A stretch of 64,000 nt of DNA from Diplonema japonicum (GCA_964019335.1 OZ025699.1:124001-188000), one strand, 5' to 3'. Counted from the first letter of the stretch, positions 41,760 through 52,883 are shown. Made by a program: numbers and translations. Notes: generated by a model not told the origin, from the letters alone.

Positions 41760-44700
41760 ATGTCCGTCAGGGACCTGCTGGGGCTGCTTGGGCTGGTCGA
41801 AACAAACCCTGGCCCACCCAAGAAGCTGCCGCCCCCGTCGCCTAAGGGTCTCAAGGTTGTCTCGTGGAACTGCAACGGCCTCGTTGCGAAATGGACCGTC
41901 GTATCTCGCCATGCTGACTTCTTGTCGCTGGACATCATCATGATACAGGAGACGCACCTGAGGGAAGGGCACGACACGCCACACCTGCCTGGGTACAGGT
42001 CATACAGGAGGGATCGGTTGACACCGGTGACTGACGGCACTGCGACGAGGGGTGGTGGTATTGTCACGTATGTCCGCGACGATCTTGCCTCGGAGGAGGT
42101 TCCGCACGTACTCCCGGCTGGGGACTGTGTCACTGAGAGACTGGATGTGAGGATCTCCTGCGAGAAGCGTGAGCCGATCACTCTCTCCAACGTTTACCTT
42201 ACACCGGTAAGCGCGAGCAGAGGCACGAGGGACCCTGAGTACCTGCGGCCTGGCAGCCTTCCCATGGGGAAGAACACAGTCATAGCGGGTGACTTCAATG
42301 CTCATCACAGCTCCTGGGACGCCACGGTGACGACGCCGAACGAGAGGGGGAACGTGGTCAGGGACTGGCTGGACACCCACGGGTACACCGTCTACAACGA
42401 CCGCAACGAACCGACGAGGGACTCGTCACGACACGTTCTGGACCTGGTTGTGGGGCGCTGCGCGAAGCTTGAGCCGAAGACGCTGGGCACGTGGGGCTCC
42501 GATCATAGTCCCGTATCCTTTCACCTGCCTCTTGAGGACGTCTACCGTTCGGAGCGCCCCTTCCCCACCTGGAATTTTAAAAAAGCCAGATGGGATGACT
42601 ACACTGCTGCTGTTGCCCGCCTGCTTGCTGGTGTTGACACGGCGGCTCCGATTGACTCTGTCACGAAGGGGTTTACACAAGCCCTTTTGACTGCGGCGAA
42701 CGACCACATTCCCCTCTGTGGGATGCGACGTGGCCCGACCCCCTGGTGGACTGCTGAGCTCGAGGACGCCTTCGAAGAGCGGAACACCCTGCGCGAACTC
42801 CTGCTTCAAGAGGCGGACGTGGTGGAGGAGTACAGGGCGAAGGTGAAGGAAGTCAACCGACTCCTTGACGAGACGAAGCGTGAGGCATGGGGAAGGATGG
42901 CGGCCGACCTCAGCCGGAGCAAGGACCTCGGGGCTGCGTTCAGAGCGGTGAAGAAGCTGGACGGCAGGCACCGAAAGACACACCTTCCTGTACTCGAGGG
43001 AAGATTTGTGTCGGACAAGGCGAAGGCCGACCGGCTGGGGGCGCACTTCGCTAAGCTCTACGGCAGGCGTGGTGACGGGAACTCGAAGGACGCCGCTCCT
43101 TCTGCAAGCAGACTCGGGTGTCAAGCGTTCACCGTGGACGACCTCACCCGCGGCCTGAGAAGGATGAAGACGCGCAGCGCGGCCGGGGAAGACGGAATCT
43201 TCTCGGAGATGCTCCTACACCTGAACACGGACTCTCTCGGTGTCCTCCTTCTACTCCTCAATCGCTCCTGGCTGATGGGTGTCGTCCCCGGTGCCTGGAA
43301 GAAGGGAGTGATCGTCCCGGTACCGAAACCTGGAAAAGATGCGACTCTCTTGGCTTCCTACCGGCCGATCTGCCTGACCAGCTGCCTCTGCAAGCTGCTG
43401 GAGAGGATGATCGAGGAGAGGCTCACGTTTCTTCTTGACGCGGACGGGACGGGAGTCGAGGGACTCCACGACAGCCAGGCTGGTTTCAGACGCGGCCGCT
43501 CCACGGAGGAGCAGGTGGCAACCCTCACTGAGTGCATGTCGAGGAACAAAGACGATCGACGTCTCTCGGCCGCTCTGCTGTTCGACTTCTCTTCTGCCTT
43601 CGACCTGGTGCCCCATGGTGCCCTGCTGGACAAGATGCGAGGGAAGGGTCTCCCCGAACCCTTCGTGGAGTGGACGCGGTCCTTTCTATGCGGCCGTACT
43701 GCTGCGGTCACGATTGGACGGTCGAGGGGGTCGACGACGAAGGTGCGACGGGGTGTCCCCCAGGGCTCTGTCTTGGGTCCCATCCTGTACACCATCTACG
43801 TCGACGAACTCGCCAGGAGACTGGAGGGACTGGCGGACGTCTCGGTGCTCTACGCCGACGACGTGGCGGTTGTGATCTCCTCTGGACAAGGGGACGTGGC
43901 TGGGCTGGAGCGGAAGGCGCAGGCAGTGGTGGATGCGGTTGAGGACTGGTGCAGGGAGCGTGACATGCTGCTGAGCACGTCCAAGACGCAGGCAGTCTGC
44001 GTCCCCCCCCAGAAACGTCTCGGGGTCTACTTCACTTCGTCACGAGTCCCCCTTCAGCCAGGTGCCTTCCAGAACCCACTCTTCGGCCTGGGGGTGAACG
44101 CCGATGGCACGATCTCCGGGGACCAGGAGCTGGCGGGCCTTCAGGTTGTGGAGGCGGGTGGTGTGCGGATCCGCTGCGTGCGGGACATGCATGCAGCCGT
44201 GCGACGGCCCGACGTGGACTACGTTGCGGCCCGTCCCCTGCCTCTGTCTGAACACGCGAGGTACCTTGGGGTTACGGTGGACTCTGGGCTCACGTTCGGT
44301 GAACACGCACAGGACATCCTACGGCGGGCCAGCAAAAGGCTGAGGGTGCTGAAGCTCTTGTCCGGCACGTCCTGGGGCAGCAAGAGGGACACTCTGCGGT
44401 CTCTCTACGTTACGTACATCCTCCCGCTGCTGCGCTACTGCATGGGGGTCTACTACAGCAGGCTCGATGATGTCGGGAGGAAGGACCTGGCTGGGCTTCA
44501 CCAGGAGGCGGCGGTGCTGATCACGGGCTGCTGGAGTGGCTCCGGAGGGTACAAGCTCCTAGCTGAGGCAGGACTGCTTCCCCTCGAAAGAATGGCGGAG
44601 GGTGCTGCGGCGACGATGACGGCGAAGGCCTTCTGCTGGCAGTCTTCCCCGGTTCACAGGGAGACGGTCAAGCTGAAGCAGGCGAACAGGCTGGGGTGTG

Positions 44701-45908
44701 GGTGGCTGCGCTCTGGCTACCAAGCACTGCGTCGATGCGGGTTGGAACCAAAGGTGCACTTCGAGTACCTGTCGGCTACGCCCCTGGCGGCCCCGTGGCA
44801 GACAGGCATGGTCGACTTCAGGACTGACCTCCCCGGCGGGGTCACGCGATCGTCGCCAGACGCGGACAGGCGGAAGGCGGCCGAGGCTGCTCTTGCGGCT
44901 CTCCCCCCGGGCATCCATGCCTACACGGATGGCTCGGTTGTACAGGTCGGACAGAAGGCGAAAGGTGGCTCTGGGGTTTATCTACAGCTGCCTCCCCCCC
45001 TGACCCCTGTGTCTGTGTGCCATGGCGTCAACGACTTCTGTTCATCTTTTCGGGCAGAGGGCATGGCTGTGAAAACGGCGCTGGATATGGTGGCTACCCT
45101 CCGAAAAACACACCCTTCGCTGGCGAAGTCCCCGCTGTCGATCTGCACCGACTCCCTCTCCCTCGTCGAGCAGCTGCGAGCTGGCCCAACGCGACAGAGG
45201 GAGAAGCTCGACCACCAGACGTGGAGCCGGCTGGTGACCGCGGCGCGCACGCAGGGGACACCGGTGGTCCTCCAGTTTGTGCCCTCCCACTGTGGGGTGG
45301 ACGGGAACGAGAAGGCTGACGCTCTGGCCGGGGAGGGAACGAAGCGGAAGCAGGACAGGCCCTCCCTTGACTACCGATCAGTGAGGGCCCTGGTGCGACG
45401 GTGGGTGGTGCGGAGGTCCACGGAGCTCATAACATCCCTCGCCCACAACTACGCGGTGGCGACCGAGCTTCGGTCTGCGCACTTCCCCCTTGGCTTCCCC
45501 AGACAAGCTGAAACGGTCATCTCGCGGCTGCGGATTGGTCACTCGGCTCTCTTCTTCGGCTTCCTGCAGACTGCTGGCCCGAACAGGAAGCACAAGGGTG
45601 TGCTCCGGTGCCCAGCCTGCCACGCAGCACCGATGTCCAGGGAGCATGTTGTCGGTGGGTGCCCTGTGATCGGGAGGGGGGCGATCGACACTCCTGCTGG
45701 TACTCCCTCCCTAGCGTTCTCCCTGTCGAGACGCGTGACCCAGATCTACGACCTCATTGTTGAGTCTGGCCTGCTCGCCTGGTCACGCTCCGGACTGTTC
45801 ACCTCGCCATCATCCCTGGCGTCTACAGACGTCACTGCACCTTCAAACGTGCCGCCTCCTCCTCCGGTCTCTCTTGACGCCGGTCCCGCGGCCCCCGTGC
45901 TGCGCTAA
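41760..45908 (+). CDS. A4 ORF2: 2A-like, APE, RT, RNase H, CCHC
   Basis: Only a few substitutions relative to A3 ORF2. Confidence 0.95.
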   Translation: MSVRDLLGLLGLVETNPGPPKKLPPPSPKGLKVVSWNCNGLVAKWTVVSRHADFLSLDIIMIQETHLREGHDTPHLPGYRSYRRDRLTPVTDGTATRGGGIVTYVRDDLASEEVPHVLPAGDCVTERLDVRISCEKREPITLSNVYLTPVSASRGTRDPEYLRPGSLPMGKNTVIAGDFNAHHSSWDATVTTPNERGNVVRDWLDTHGYTVYNDRNEPTRDSSRHVLDLVVGRCAKLEPKTLGTWGSDHSPVSFHLPLEDVYRSERPFPTWNFKKARWDDYTAAVARLLAGVDTAAPIDSVTKGFTQALLTAANDHIPLCGMRRGPTPWWTAELEDAFEERNTLRELLLQEADVVEEYRAKVKEVNRLLDETKREAWGRMAADLSRSKDLGAAFRAVKKLDGRHRKTHLPVLEGRFVSDKAKADRLGAHFAKLYGRRGDGNSKDAAPSASRLGCQAFTVDDLTRGLRRMKTRSAAGEDGIFSEMLLHLNTDSLGVLLLLLNRSWLMGVVPGAWKKGVIVPVPKPGKDATLLASYRPICLTSCLCKLLERMIEERLTFLLDADGTGVEGLHDSQAGFRRGRSTEEQVATLTECMSRNKDDRRLSAALLFDFSSAFDLVPHGALLDKMRGKGLPEPFVEWTRSFLCGRTAAVTIGRSRGSTTKVRRGVPQGSVLGPILYTIYVDELARRLEGLADVSVLYADDVAVVISSGQGDVAGLERKAQAVVDAVEDWCRERDMLLSTSKTQAVCVPPQKRLGVYFTSSRVPLQPGAFQNPLFGLGVNADGTISGDQELAGLQVVEAGGVRIRCVRDMHAAVRRPDVDYVAARPLPLSEHARYLGVTVDSGLTFGEHAQDILRRASKRLRVLKLLSGTSWGSKRDTLRSLYVTYILPLLRYCMGVYYSRLDDVGRKDLAGLHQEAAVLITGCWSGSGGYKLLAEAGLLPLERMAEGAAATMTAKAFCWQSSPVHRETVKLKQANRLGCGWLRSGYQALRRCGLEPKVHFEYLSATPLAAPWQTGMVDFRTDLPGGVTRSSPDADRRKAAEAALAALPPGIHAYTDGSVVQVGQKAKGGSGVYLQLPPPLTPVSVCHGVNDFCSSFRAEGMAVKTALDMVATLRKTHPSLAKSPLSICTDSLSLVEQLRAGPTRQREKLDHQTWSRLVTAARTQGTPVVLQFVPSHCGVDGNEKADALAGEGTKRKQDRPSLDYRSVRALVRRWVVRRSTELITSLAHNYAVATELRSAHFPLGFPRQAETVISRLRIGHSALFFGFLQTAGPNRKHKGVLRCPACHAAPMSREHVVGGCPVIGRGAIDTPAGTPSLAFSLSRRVTQIYDLIVESGLLAWSRSGLFTSPSSLASTDVTAPSNVPPPPPVSLDAGPAAPVLR

Positions 45909-46391
45909 GGGATCGCCCCGTGTGTGTGTGTTAAATGGAATGTTGTGTTTCCCACTTTCCTTTCCCTTCCCTTCCTTTCCCTTCCCTTCCCTTCCTTTCC
46001 CTTCCTTCTCCTTCCTCTCACTGTTTCCCATTTCCCCTTTTTTTTCACACTCACCAATGATTCGCTCAATAGGAGCAATACCTCCCTGGGGGGCTTTCCG
46101 CCGGAGGTTCCAGCCAAAGAAGGACATCCAGCTGGAAGGTAGGCCCCCGTTTTTCTCTCACTTGACTGAGGGAATAATGTAATTCAGCCCTCTTCGGCTG
46201 TCCCAAAGCAGAGCACGGGTTGGTGGGGGACCAGGGCTCCTCCTGCTTGCAGAAGCCTGGTCCTTTGCCCTCCCTATTTCCCCATGGTTTCCCTTCACCT
46301 TTTTTTTTCCCTTTTCTCAGGTGTTGCTCTCCATGGCGGCCCTGCATTGGTATTTTGAAAAAAAAAAAAAAAAAAAAAAAGCAGGTCAGCT

Positions 46392-46464
46392 TCCCCCTTG
46401 GCGCAGTCGGTAGCGCGTCAGGCTGTTAACCTGCAGGTCGTTGGTTCGAACCCAACAGGGGGAG
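46392..46464 (+). tRNA. tRNA-Asn(GTT)
   Basis: Acceptor TCCCCCT/AGGGGGA, D-arm GCGC/GCGC, anticodon loop CTGTTAA, GGTTCGAACCC T-arm, downstream T5. Confidence 0.95.
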
Positions 46465-46513
46465 TATTTTTAGATGCACGTCTCGAGACGTGCACCAAGT
46501 TCTTTGAAAAGAA

Positions 46514-46585
46514 TTCCCCGGCCGGGAATTGAACCCGGGTCATCCGCGTGACAGGCGGATATACTGACCTCTATACTACCGAGGA
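46514..46585 (-). tRNA. tRNA-Asp(GTC)
   Basis: Minus strand TCCTCGGTAGTATAG...CCGCCTGTCACGCGG...GGTTCAATTCCCGGCCGGGGA; T4 downstream. Confidence 0.95.
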
Positions 46586-47052
46586 GATGTTTTTTTTTTA
46601 ATAATAATAAATATTCCACTACCAGGCGGGAGGATCGAAGGGGAGTAGAGAAAACCATTCAAGGGAAAGGGAAAGGGACATCACTTCAAACCAAGAGAGG
46701 TGTTTGAAAGTGATTCGTGAAAAGCAGTCTCTGTTACTGAGCCATTGGTCGAGGGGTCCTGGTCCGCTGCTCCCTGTAGTAAATTACTTGGACCCCCTCA
46801 CCACGCTCTTTTCATAATAAAATAAAACCGATCCCACCCACCAGGCAGCACCTGGGTCTCGAGGCATTAGCCGCCTCTAGTAACAAGAGACGACCTCCCA
46901 GATTTTAAGAACTTTGGAGGAGTTTCAATTGTGAATAATTAACCAGCTGACTGTGAAACTCCACCGTCTGCTGGACTTGTTGGGCTTTCGGGAGCCAATA
47001 AATTCAATTCAATTAAGTTTCGTTCTTCAGTTTTTTTTTTTTTTTTTTTTTT

Positions 47053-47085
<33 letters not shown>

Positions 47086-47408
47086 TTCTCAAAATAAAGG
47101 AATTCAAATCAAGCTCGATTGTGTACACCGAAGCTTGAATCATCTGTCCTTCTTTTTTTTCTTTTTTTTTTTTTCTTTTTTCTTTCTATATGAAAGGTGA
47201 GTGAAAAATTTGAATAACACTGGGGGCGGGGGACAGGGGCCTGGTAATGGAAAATAAGGGAAGACACTGGGGAGGGAGGTGAAAAGAAAGGATAGGAGTG
47301 AAGCCAGAGTCGAGAGATTGAGTTAGAAACAATTGCTGTCTGAAGTCGTTTAACAACTTCAGACCTCAATGTTTGGAGAGTATAACATATTATAATTTAT
47401 AAGTTTTT

Positions 47409-50400
47409 TCACAATGTTCCCTGCCGCTCCAAGAGCTGGGCGGTCTTACAGGCGTCGGTGGACAGGAGGACTTTGAGGGAAGGAAGGGAGCTACCGAAGA
47501 TCTGACTCCTTTGGTCGATCCTCTTTCCGTCTTGGCATTCCCGTAGGAGGTGGCTTAGAGTCTGGGGTTGCGAACATAGATGGCACGGGACCTCCTCGAC
47601 TGGGGGTATGAGTAGGTATCCGCAAGTGAGTGGGCTCTTCCCCACCCTCAGCCTCATGATCGCCACTTCTTTCTTTCTGTCCAGCTCCTCGAACTTCTCG
47701 TAACTTCCGGCAAACTGCTCCCTGTACGTCTTTGTGACGCCAGTATCCTTCCATAGGCGGAGGTGGCTTCTGATGACATGCTTCCTCACCAGAGTTTTAA
47801 CCACCTCAATGTCTGTCTCACGGGTGTGGGCCAGTCTTTCGCTCGCCTCTTTTGCCTTCTGGTCCGCCTTCTCGTTCCACTTGTACCCGCAGTGACTCGG
47901 GACGTATTGAACGATTAGCTTGTGGCCTCTGCCTGTCAAGCTCGCGACCTCCTGCCAGAGTTCGAAGTCATCTTTGGAGGCTGCCGACATGTGTCCCTGG
48001 CACATCTTCCGTATCACCGACTGCGAATCTGTGCATATCAGAACCATCCCTTGGCTTGCAAGCTTCCTCTCTGAGAGTCTTGTCGCCAGTCGGATCCCTA
48101 GCCTCAGGGCCCTGAGTTCGCATTTGTAGGATGTCGAATACAGTCCACCGCTGATCCCGTAGGCAGCATCGGACCCGTTGTGCAGCAGGATGGCGGCCGA
48201 GCCTCCGTTTTTCCCATCCTTTACGGACCCGTCTGTGAACACCATGCAGAATGCCCGGCCGTGTTTCTCGCATAACCTGTTCAGGGTGTTCGTTGTTGCC
48301 TCTTTCCTGACCTCTTTTGGGTCCGTCCTTTTCACCTGCGTGTCTAGGAAGGGGGAGAGCACGAGTTGCCCCTCGAATCTTTGCCAGGGTGCAACCGCGA
48401 GTCTCCTCATGAAGACGGCGCCCGAGTGAGGTGTGCCCGTCCTCTCTGGGAGTTTGTAGGCTTTCGATGCCTCTCTCTGTTTGTCAGACCAAGTCCTCCT
48501 TGGTAGGAGCTTCTCGTACCTGGTCAGATCCTCCAGAGGCTGAGTCGCCTGGTATGCGGCGGTGTCCACTTTTCTCATCAGTGACTCGTAGAGCAACAGG
48601 CTGTCGTGTTCGATCAGCGCATCCAGGGTCCACAGCCCCGCTTCGTTCAGTGTCGCGAATGTCTCTGATGACGCGATGCAGCCTGTGATCTTCACCGCTG
48701 CCCTGTATTGAAGCTTCTTGATGCCTTCGTGGGGCGTGTTCCTCCCGCTCGGGAGAAATGACCCGTACACGCCCAAGCAGTATCTGAAGACTGGTTGCAC
48801 ATATGTGAGGTATAGAGCCCTCAACACCACCTTCTTGCAACCCCATCTCGTTCCCGCAAGGCAGCTCAGCAGCCTGACCCTGCTTTCACCTCTTTCCAAG
48901 ACGTCTCTGGAGTGTTCGGAGAAAAGCATGTCCTCCTCGAAGGTGACTCCGAGCAGCTTTGTTTTTTCGACCACCTCGAGTTCTTCGCCGGTCTTGAAAG
49001 TTGCTCTGATCTTCCCCTTCAGTGTTCTCTGCGGATAGGAGATGCCAGCAACGGGAAGGAACTCTGTCTTTCCCTTGGAGATCACCATCGAGTTTCTCGA
49101 GCACCAGCTCTCCACAACCCTCAGGATCTTCATCAGTTTTCCATTCAAGCTGTCCAGGTCTTTTTCGTGCAGCACCACCGCAATGTCGTCTGCGTACATC
49201 ACGGCATCAATGCCCTCCTTTTCGAACGTCTCTGAGAGGTCGTCCATGTAGATCGAGAAGAGGGTTGGGGCAAGGATGGTTCCCTGTGGAACCCCACCCG
49301 TTATGTGTTCGTGCTTCCCTGTTTCGCCACTCACCTTGACGGCAGCGATCCTCTGGTCTAGGAAAGCGGCCACCCAGTCCGTAATTCTTTGCGGGTAGCC
49401 ATTACTCCTCATTTTCGCATTTAGACCCTTGTGCCACACTGTGTCGAAGGCTCCTTTCAGGTCGAAGAGCAAAAGTCCGCCGCAGAACTCATCGTCTCTG
49501 ATGCGGTTCAGTTTCGTGGTCACTTGCAGGACGTTCTCTTCTGTGGAGCGCCCTTTCCTGAAACCTGACTGCATTTTGTGCACCCTCTTCACATCTCCCA
49601 CGTCTTGGTGGTAGTCGACCCTTATCTTTACTATCCTCTCCATTGTCTTTGAAATGTTGGAGGTTAGCGATATCGGTCTGTACGATGCCGGATCACTTCT
49701 TGACTTGCCCTTTCCTTTGTAAAGTGGGATTATGTGCGTGAACCTCCAGTCTGATGGTACCACTCCCTTCTCCCATGACATATTGAACAGATGGAGTAAT
49801 GTGTCCATGGCCGTCCCCCCCAGGTGTTTCAGCATCTCGTTGTAGACACCGTCTGGGCCCGGGGATTTCCCCTTCTTCAACTGCCTCAGCGCGTGCTTCA
49901 GTTCCTCCATGCTTATCCCTGGGCAAGTGACCCTGTCCCTCAAGTCCTTGATCACTTTGGACTTCCTGTTTTCACCGTCCAGCATCTTCTTTGTGTCCTT
50001 GTTAAGGTGGGGTGCAAAAGCCTTTGCGTAGTGCTCCACAAGGACGTCTGCTTTTTGCTTCGCCGATGTGTGTAGCTTGCCGCCTGCCATTAGTGGTGCT
50101 ACTGGATCTTTGTCCTTCCTGCCATCGAGCGTTTTTATCGTCCTGAAAGCGTGTCCCAAGTCCTTTTTCTGAGACAGCTCCTTCATGTAGTCGGCCCACG
50201 CTCTTTTCTTCCCTTCATCGATCTGTTTCTGCACTTGCCTGCTGATTTCACCAAGCCTCTCGCATTGTTCTATCGATGGGATGCCGATGTCCGACATAAT
50301 CTCCTTCTTCAGAGCGTTTCTTCTTCCAACCAGTTGCGTCAGCTCTTCAGTCCACCACGCTTTCCCGCCTCTCGCTCCCCCTCTTGGGATGAAGAGCCTG

Positions 50401-51401
50401 GCGGCCTCCTTGACGGCTTCAGTGAACTGCTTGTTTAACCTGACCGGGTCTCCTGTTCTCTGCAGGTGCCTCAGGGTGTACTCCAGATGATTCCTGTACC
50501 CCTCCCAGTCAGCTTTTTTGAAGCTGAATTTCTTAATGGTTGGTCCGGTTTCGTATTTCGTTCTTATCCGGATGGACATGGGTATGTGGTCAGACCCCCA
50601 TGAATCGAGGGTTGTCCAGGATCTAGAGTCCATGTCTGGCCCGCTTATCACCAGGTCCGGTGATGATAAGGAACCTCTTGTGTTCAATAGTGTCGGTGTG
50701 GCTTTGTCATTCCAGGGTCGCATCCCTTTCTCGATCATCCACTTTGCGACTTTGTCACCTATGAGGTCCTCTTTCTTTCTTCTCCCGTCCCACAGAGGGT
50801 GGTGGGCGTTGAAATCCCCCATGATTAAGGTTCTGTCCCCTGTCGGGAGTGTGTTCGGGTTGAAGTAGGTGTCGATGCTCGGTCTGTCATCGCTCGGATC
50901 TGACGGCGATGTTGGTGGAAGGTAGATGTTCACCAGGAGGATCTCCTTTTGACCTGGCGGGTATATCTTGACGTCCAGTCTTTCCGTCACGTCATTTTTC
51001 TTCTCCTTCCTTTCGACACCGCTAGCGTTGATGCCTTCTTTCACGAGAGTCAGTAAGCCGCCCCCTTTTATGGGGAAATTCCTCCTTCTCGGTCGCGTCC
51101 TGTCTCTTCGGAAAGCTCTGTACCCTTCGAACCAGCCGTGGATCGCATCGTCTGATGTTAGGTGTGTCTCTTGGAGACACAGGATGTCCGGCGCTGTTTC
51201 TTCGATAGCCTTCTCGATTTCGGCCTTCCTAGCTCTGAGGGACCTCACGTTCAGCGAGACTATCTTCAGCCATCCGTCTTTCGCGGCTGGCCCCGGGTTC
51301 TGCTCGACGTCACCGCACGCCAAGATGTCCATATCATGTGGTCCGCAACCTTTGCGCATCTTTCTCGGTGTGGTCGAGGGTCGTTTCAGCATGTATGTCA
51401 C
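47409..51401 (-). CDS. B2 ORF2: 2A, APE, RT, RNase H, CCHC
   Basis: MDILACGDVEQNPGP; YADD; FTDGS..CTDSQS..VPSHCG; CHLC. Confidence 0.95.
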   Translation of the reverse strand: MTYMLKRPSTTPRKMRKGCGPHDMDILACGDVEQNPGPAAKDGWLKIVSLNVRSLRARKAEIEKAIEETAPDILCLQETHLTSDDAIHGWFEGYRAFRRDRTRPRRRNFPIKGGGLLTLVKEGINASGVERKEKKNDVTERLDVKIYPPGQKEILLVNIYLPPTSPSDPSDDRPSIDTYFNPNTLPTGDRTLIMGDFNAHHPLWDGRRKKEDLIGDKVAKWMIEKGMRPWNDKATPTLLNTRGSLSSPDLVISGPDMDSRSWTTLDSWGSDHIPMSIRIRTKYETGPTIKKFSFKKADWEGYRNHLEYTLRHLQRTGDPVRLNKQFTEAVKEAARLFIPRGGARGGKAWWTEELTQLVGRRNALKKEIMSDIGIPSIEQCERLGEISRQVQKQIDEGKKRAWADYMKELSQKKDLGHAFRTIKTLDGRKDKDPVAPLMAGGKLHTSAKQKADVLVEHYAKAFAPHLNKDTKKMLDGENRKSKVIKDLRDRVTCPGISMEELKHALRQLKKGKSPGPDGVYNEMLKHLGGTAMDTLLHLFNMSWEKGVVPSDWRFTHIIPLYKGKGKSRSDPASYRPISLTSNISKTMERIVKIRVDYHQDVGDVKRVHKMQSGFRKGRSTEENVLQVTTKLNRIRDDEFCGGLLLFDLKGAFDTVWHKGLNAKMRSNGYPQRITDWVAAFLDQRIAAVKVSGETGKHEHITGGVPQGTILAPTLFSIYMDDLSETFEKEGIDAVMYADDIAVVLHEKDLDSLNGKLMKILRVVESWCSRNSMVISKGKTEFLPVAGISYPQRTLKGKIRATFKTGEELEVVEKTKLLGVTFEEDMLFSEHSRDVLERGESRVRLLSCLAGTRWGCKKVVLRALYLTYVQPVFRYCLGVYGSFLPSGRNTPHEGIKKLQYRAAVKITGCIASSETFATLNEAGLWTLDALIEHDSLLLYESLMRKVDTAAYQATQPLEDLTRYEKLLPRRTWSDKQREASKAYKLPERTGTPHSGAVFMRRLAVAPWQRFEGQLVLSPFLDTQVKRTDPKEVRKEATTNTLNRLCEKHGRAFCMVFTDGSVKDGKNGGSAAILLHNGSDAAYGISGGLYSTSYKCELRALRLGIRLATRLSERKLASQGMVLICTDSQSVIRKMCQGHMSAASKDDFELWQEVASLTGRGHKLIVQYVPSHCGYKWNEKADQKAKEASERLAHTRETDIEVVKTLVRKHVIRSHLRLWKDTGVTKTYREQFAGSYEKFEELDRKKEVAIMRLRVGKSPLTCGYLLIPPVEEVPCHLCSQPQTLSHLLRECQDGKRIDQRSQIFGSSLPSLKVLLSTDACKTAQLLERQGTL

Positions 51402-51404
51402 TCT

Positions 51405-51575
51405 GCCTTTGTGGTCACCCCTACCTTCAGGTCTTCGAAGATAGGGTTGTACGACTTGGGGGGGGCCGGCCCTAACAGACCTTACGTCGCCACCACTAAC
51501 GCCTTGTCCCGTTTGGACACCCCTATACGTGCGGGGCCGGCCAGGATTTAGCCGCGAGTTGTAGCCAAGTCGTAC
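51405..51575 (-). promoter_or_regulatory. Conserved structured intergenic RNA (putative IRES), copy in B2
   Basis: Homologous to 11862-12028; stems conserved, loops variable. Confidence 0.7.
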
Positions 51576-51815
51576 GAGCTTCCTTCGCGCAGAGAGATGA
51601 CATTGCTGTGACCCGTTGTCGTCGTCGTCGTCGTCGTCGTGTATTATTTTTTTTTTATTTTTATATTTTTTTTTTGTTGTTTTTTTTTTTTTTCTCTTGT
51701 TCTTTTATTTTCTTTATGTTTTTTTTTTTGTTTTTGTTTTTTTTTTTATGGTTTTTTTTTTTTTTTTTTTTTTTTATTATTTTTTTTTTTGTAGACGAAT
51801 TGGGGGGTTGGGGGC

Positions 51816-52713
51816 TTAATAGGGAAACACTTTCTTTTTTCTTTTTTTTTTCTGCAGGGGTTGGATGCTGGTCTGGACGGCTGCCAGTCCTTCCCCCTGC
51901 TTCAGCACCGCCTCCCCTTGCGCACTGACCTGTTTCTGCAGGGCCGGGTAACTGGACTGTGCTTCTGCCAGAGACGTCCTCTGTCTCTGCAGTTCCTCTC
52001 TCTGCGCGGTGATCTCCTGTCTCTGCGCCGAGAGTTCGGCCCTCTGTGCCGCAACTTCTTGATGCAGATTCTGCATCTGGGCTACCATATCTGGCGAGAT
52101 TGTTGCCTGTTGTTGCTGTTGTTGGGGGGGCTCCTGTGTGTTTTTTTGGGGTGTGGCGGTCCTCTTCCTCCACTCTTCTACTGCCTTGCAGTAGAGCTGC
52201 CACCCTACCGACCGGCCGTAGAATTCCAGAAATTCTTCTGGGCTGTACCTGTCTTGGTGGACTTTTGTTCTTTTTTTTTTTTCTTCCCCCTTCCTCGACC
52301 ACTTCTTCCCTCCTGCAGCCCTGGACTCCAGGGGGTCGGCCACCTTTATCGCCGGCAGGACTTCTGCCGTGGCGCCGTTCACCTTGATGCAGGTGTGGTG
52401 GGGGGGGGTGCGTGCGGTGTAGAGGAGGAAGGACGCGCCGCGCCTTCCGTCGTCAGGATACGACCTTCTCGGTCTGCTCTGAGACCGTTGCTGCGAGAAT
52501 CGCAGCTGCGCCCTTCTCCTCCACTCCCTTCGGCAGCGGACCGATGATCCAGTTGCCCTTCCGCACCTCGTCCTTCTTCTCCTTCTTCTTCTCTTCCTCT
52601 TCTTCGAATACCAGATTTAACTCTGGCATCGCCGCGGCTTCTTCGTCCACCTGCATCTGCAGGCTGTCCAGTGGGGGCCTCGTGGAGGCGTCCGCGCTGG
52701 TCTGCTGATCCAT
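51816..52713 (-). pseudogene. B2 ORF1, frameshifted (52453-52713 plus 51816-52382), C-terminus shortened
   Basis: FLEFYGRSVGWQLYCKAVEEWRKR motif followed by a Q-rich coiled-coil. Confidence 0.65.
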
Positions 52714-52776
52714 TTTTATAAATTTTTATTAAAATTTATTATGTGATAGTGTATCAGACCCCCCACCAAAAGTTTA

Positions 52777-52882
52777 GAGGATACAGCACCAGGGCTTCCC
52801 ACGTGATCACTCACCGCAGTACTAACCTGGCCTGCTGGTGCTTAACTTCCCAAATCAGGCGGGATGGGGGGCATTCACCAGA
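52777..52882 (-). rRNA. 5S rRNA, lacking about the first 13 nt (probable pseudogene)
   Basis: Minus strand GAATGC..ATCCCG..GATTT..GAAGTTAAGC..GGCC..GTTAGTAC..GTGAT..GGGAAG..GTGCTGTATCCT; resembles euglenozoan 5S; T4 downstream. Confidence 0.88.
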
Positions 52883-52883
52883 C

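Larger units (their letters stand above)
38709..46380 (+). mobile_element. Family A copy A4 (intact), flanked by 11-bp TSD GCAGGTCAGCT
   Basis: TSD at 38698-38708 and 46381-46391. Confidence 0.95.
46590..52740 (-). mobile_element. Family B copy B2, with poly(A) 4 nt upstream of tRNA-Asp
   Basis: Broken ORF1, linker, structured RNA, intact ORF2, 3' UTR shared with B1; 5' boundary approximate. Confidence 0.9.
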
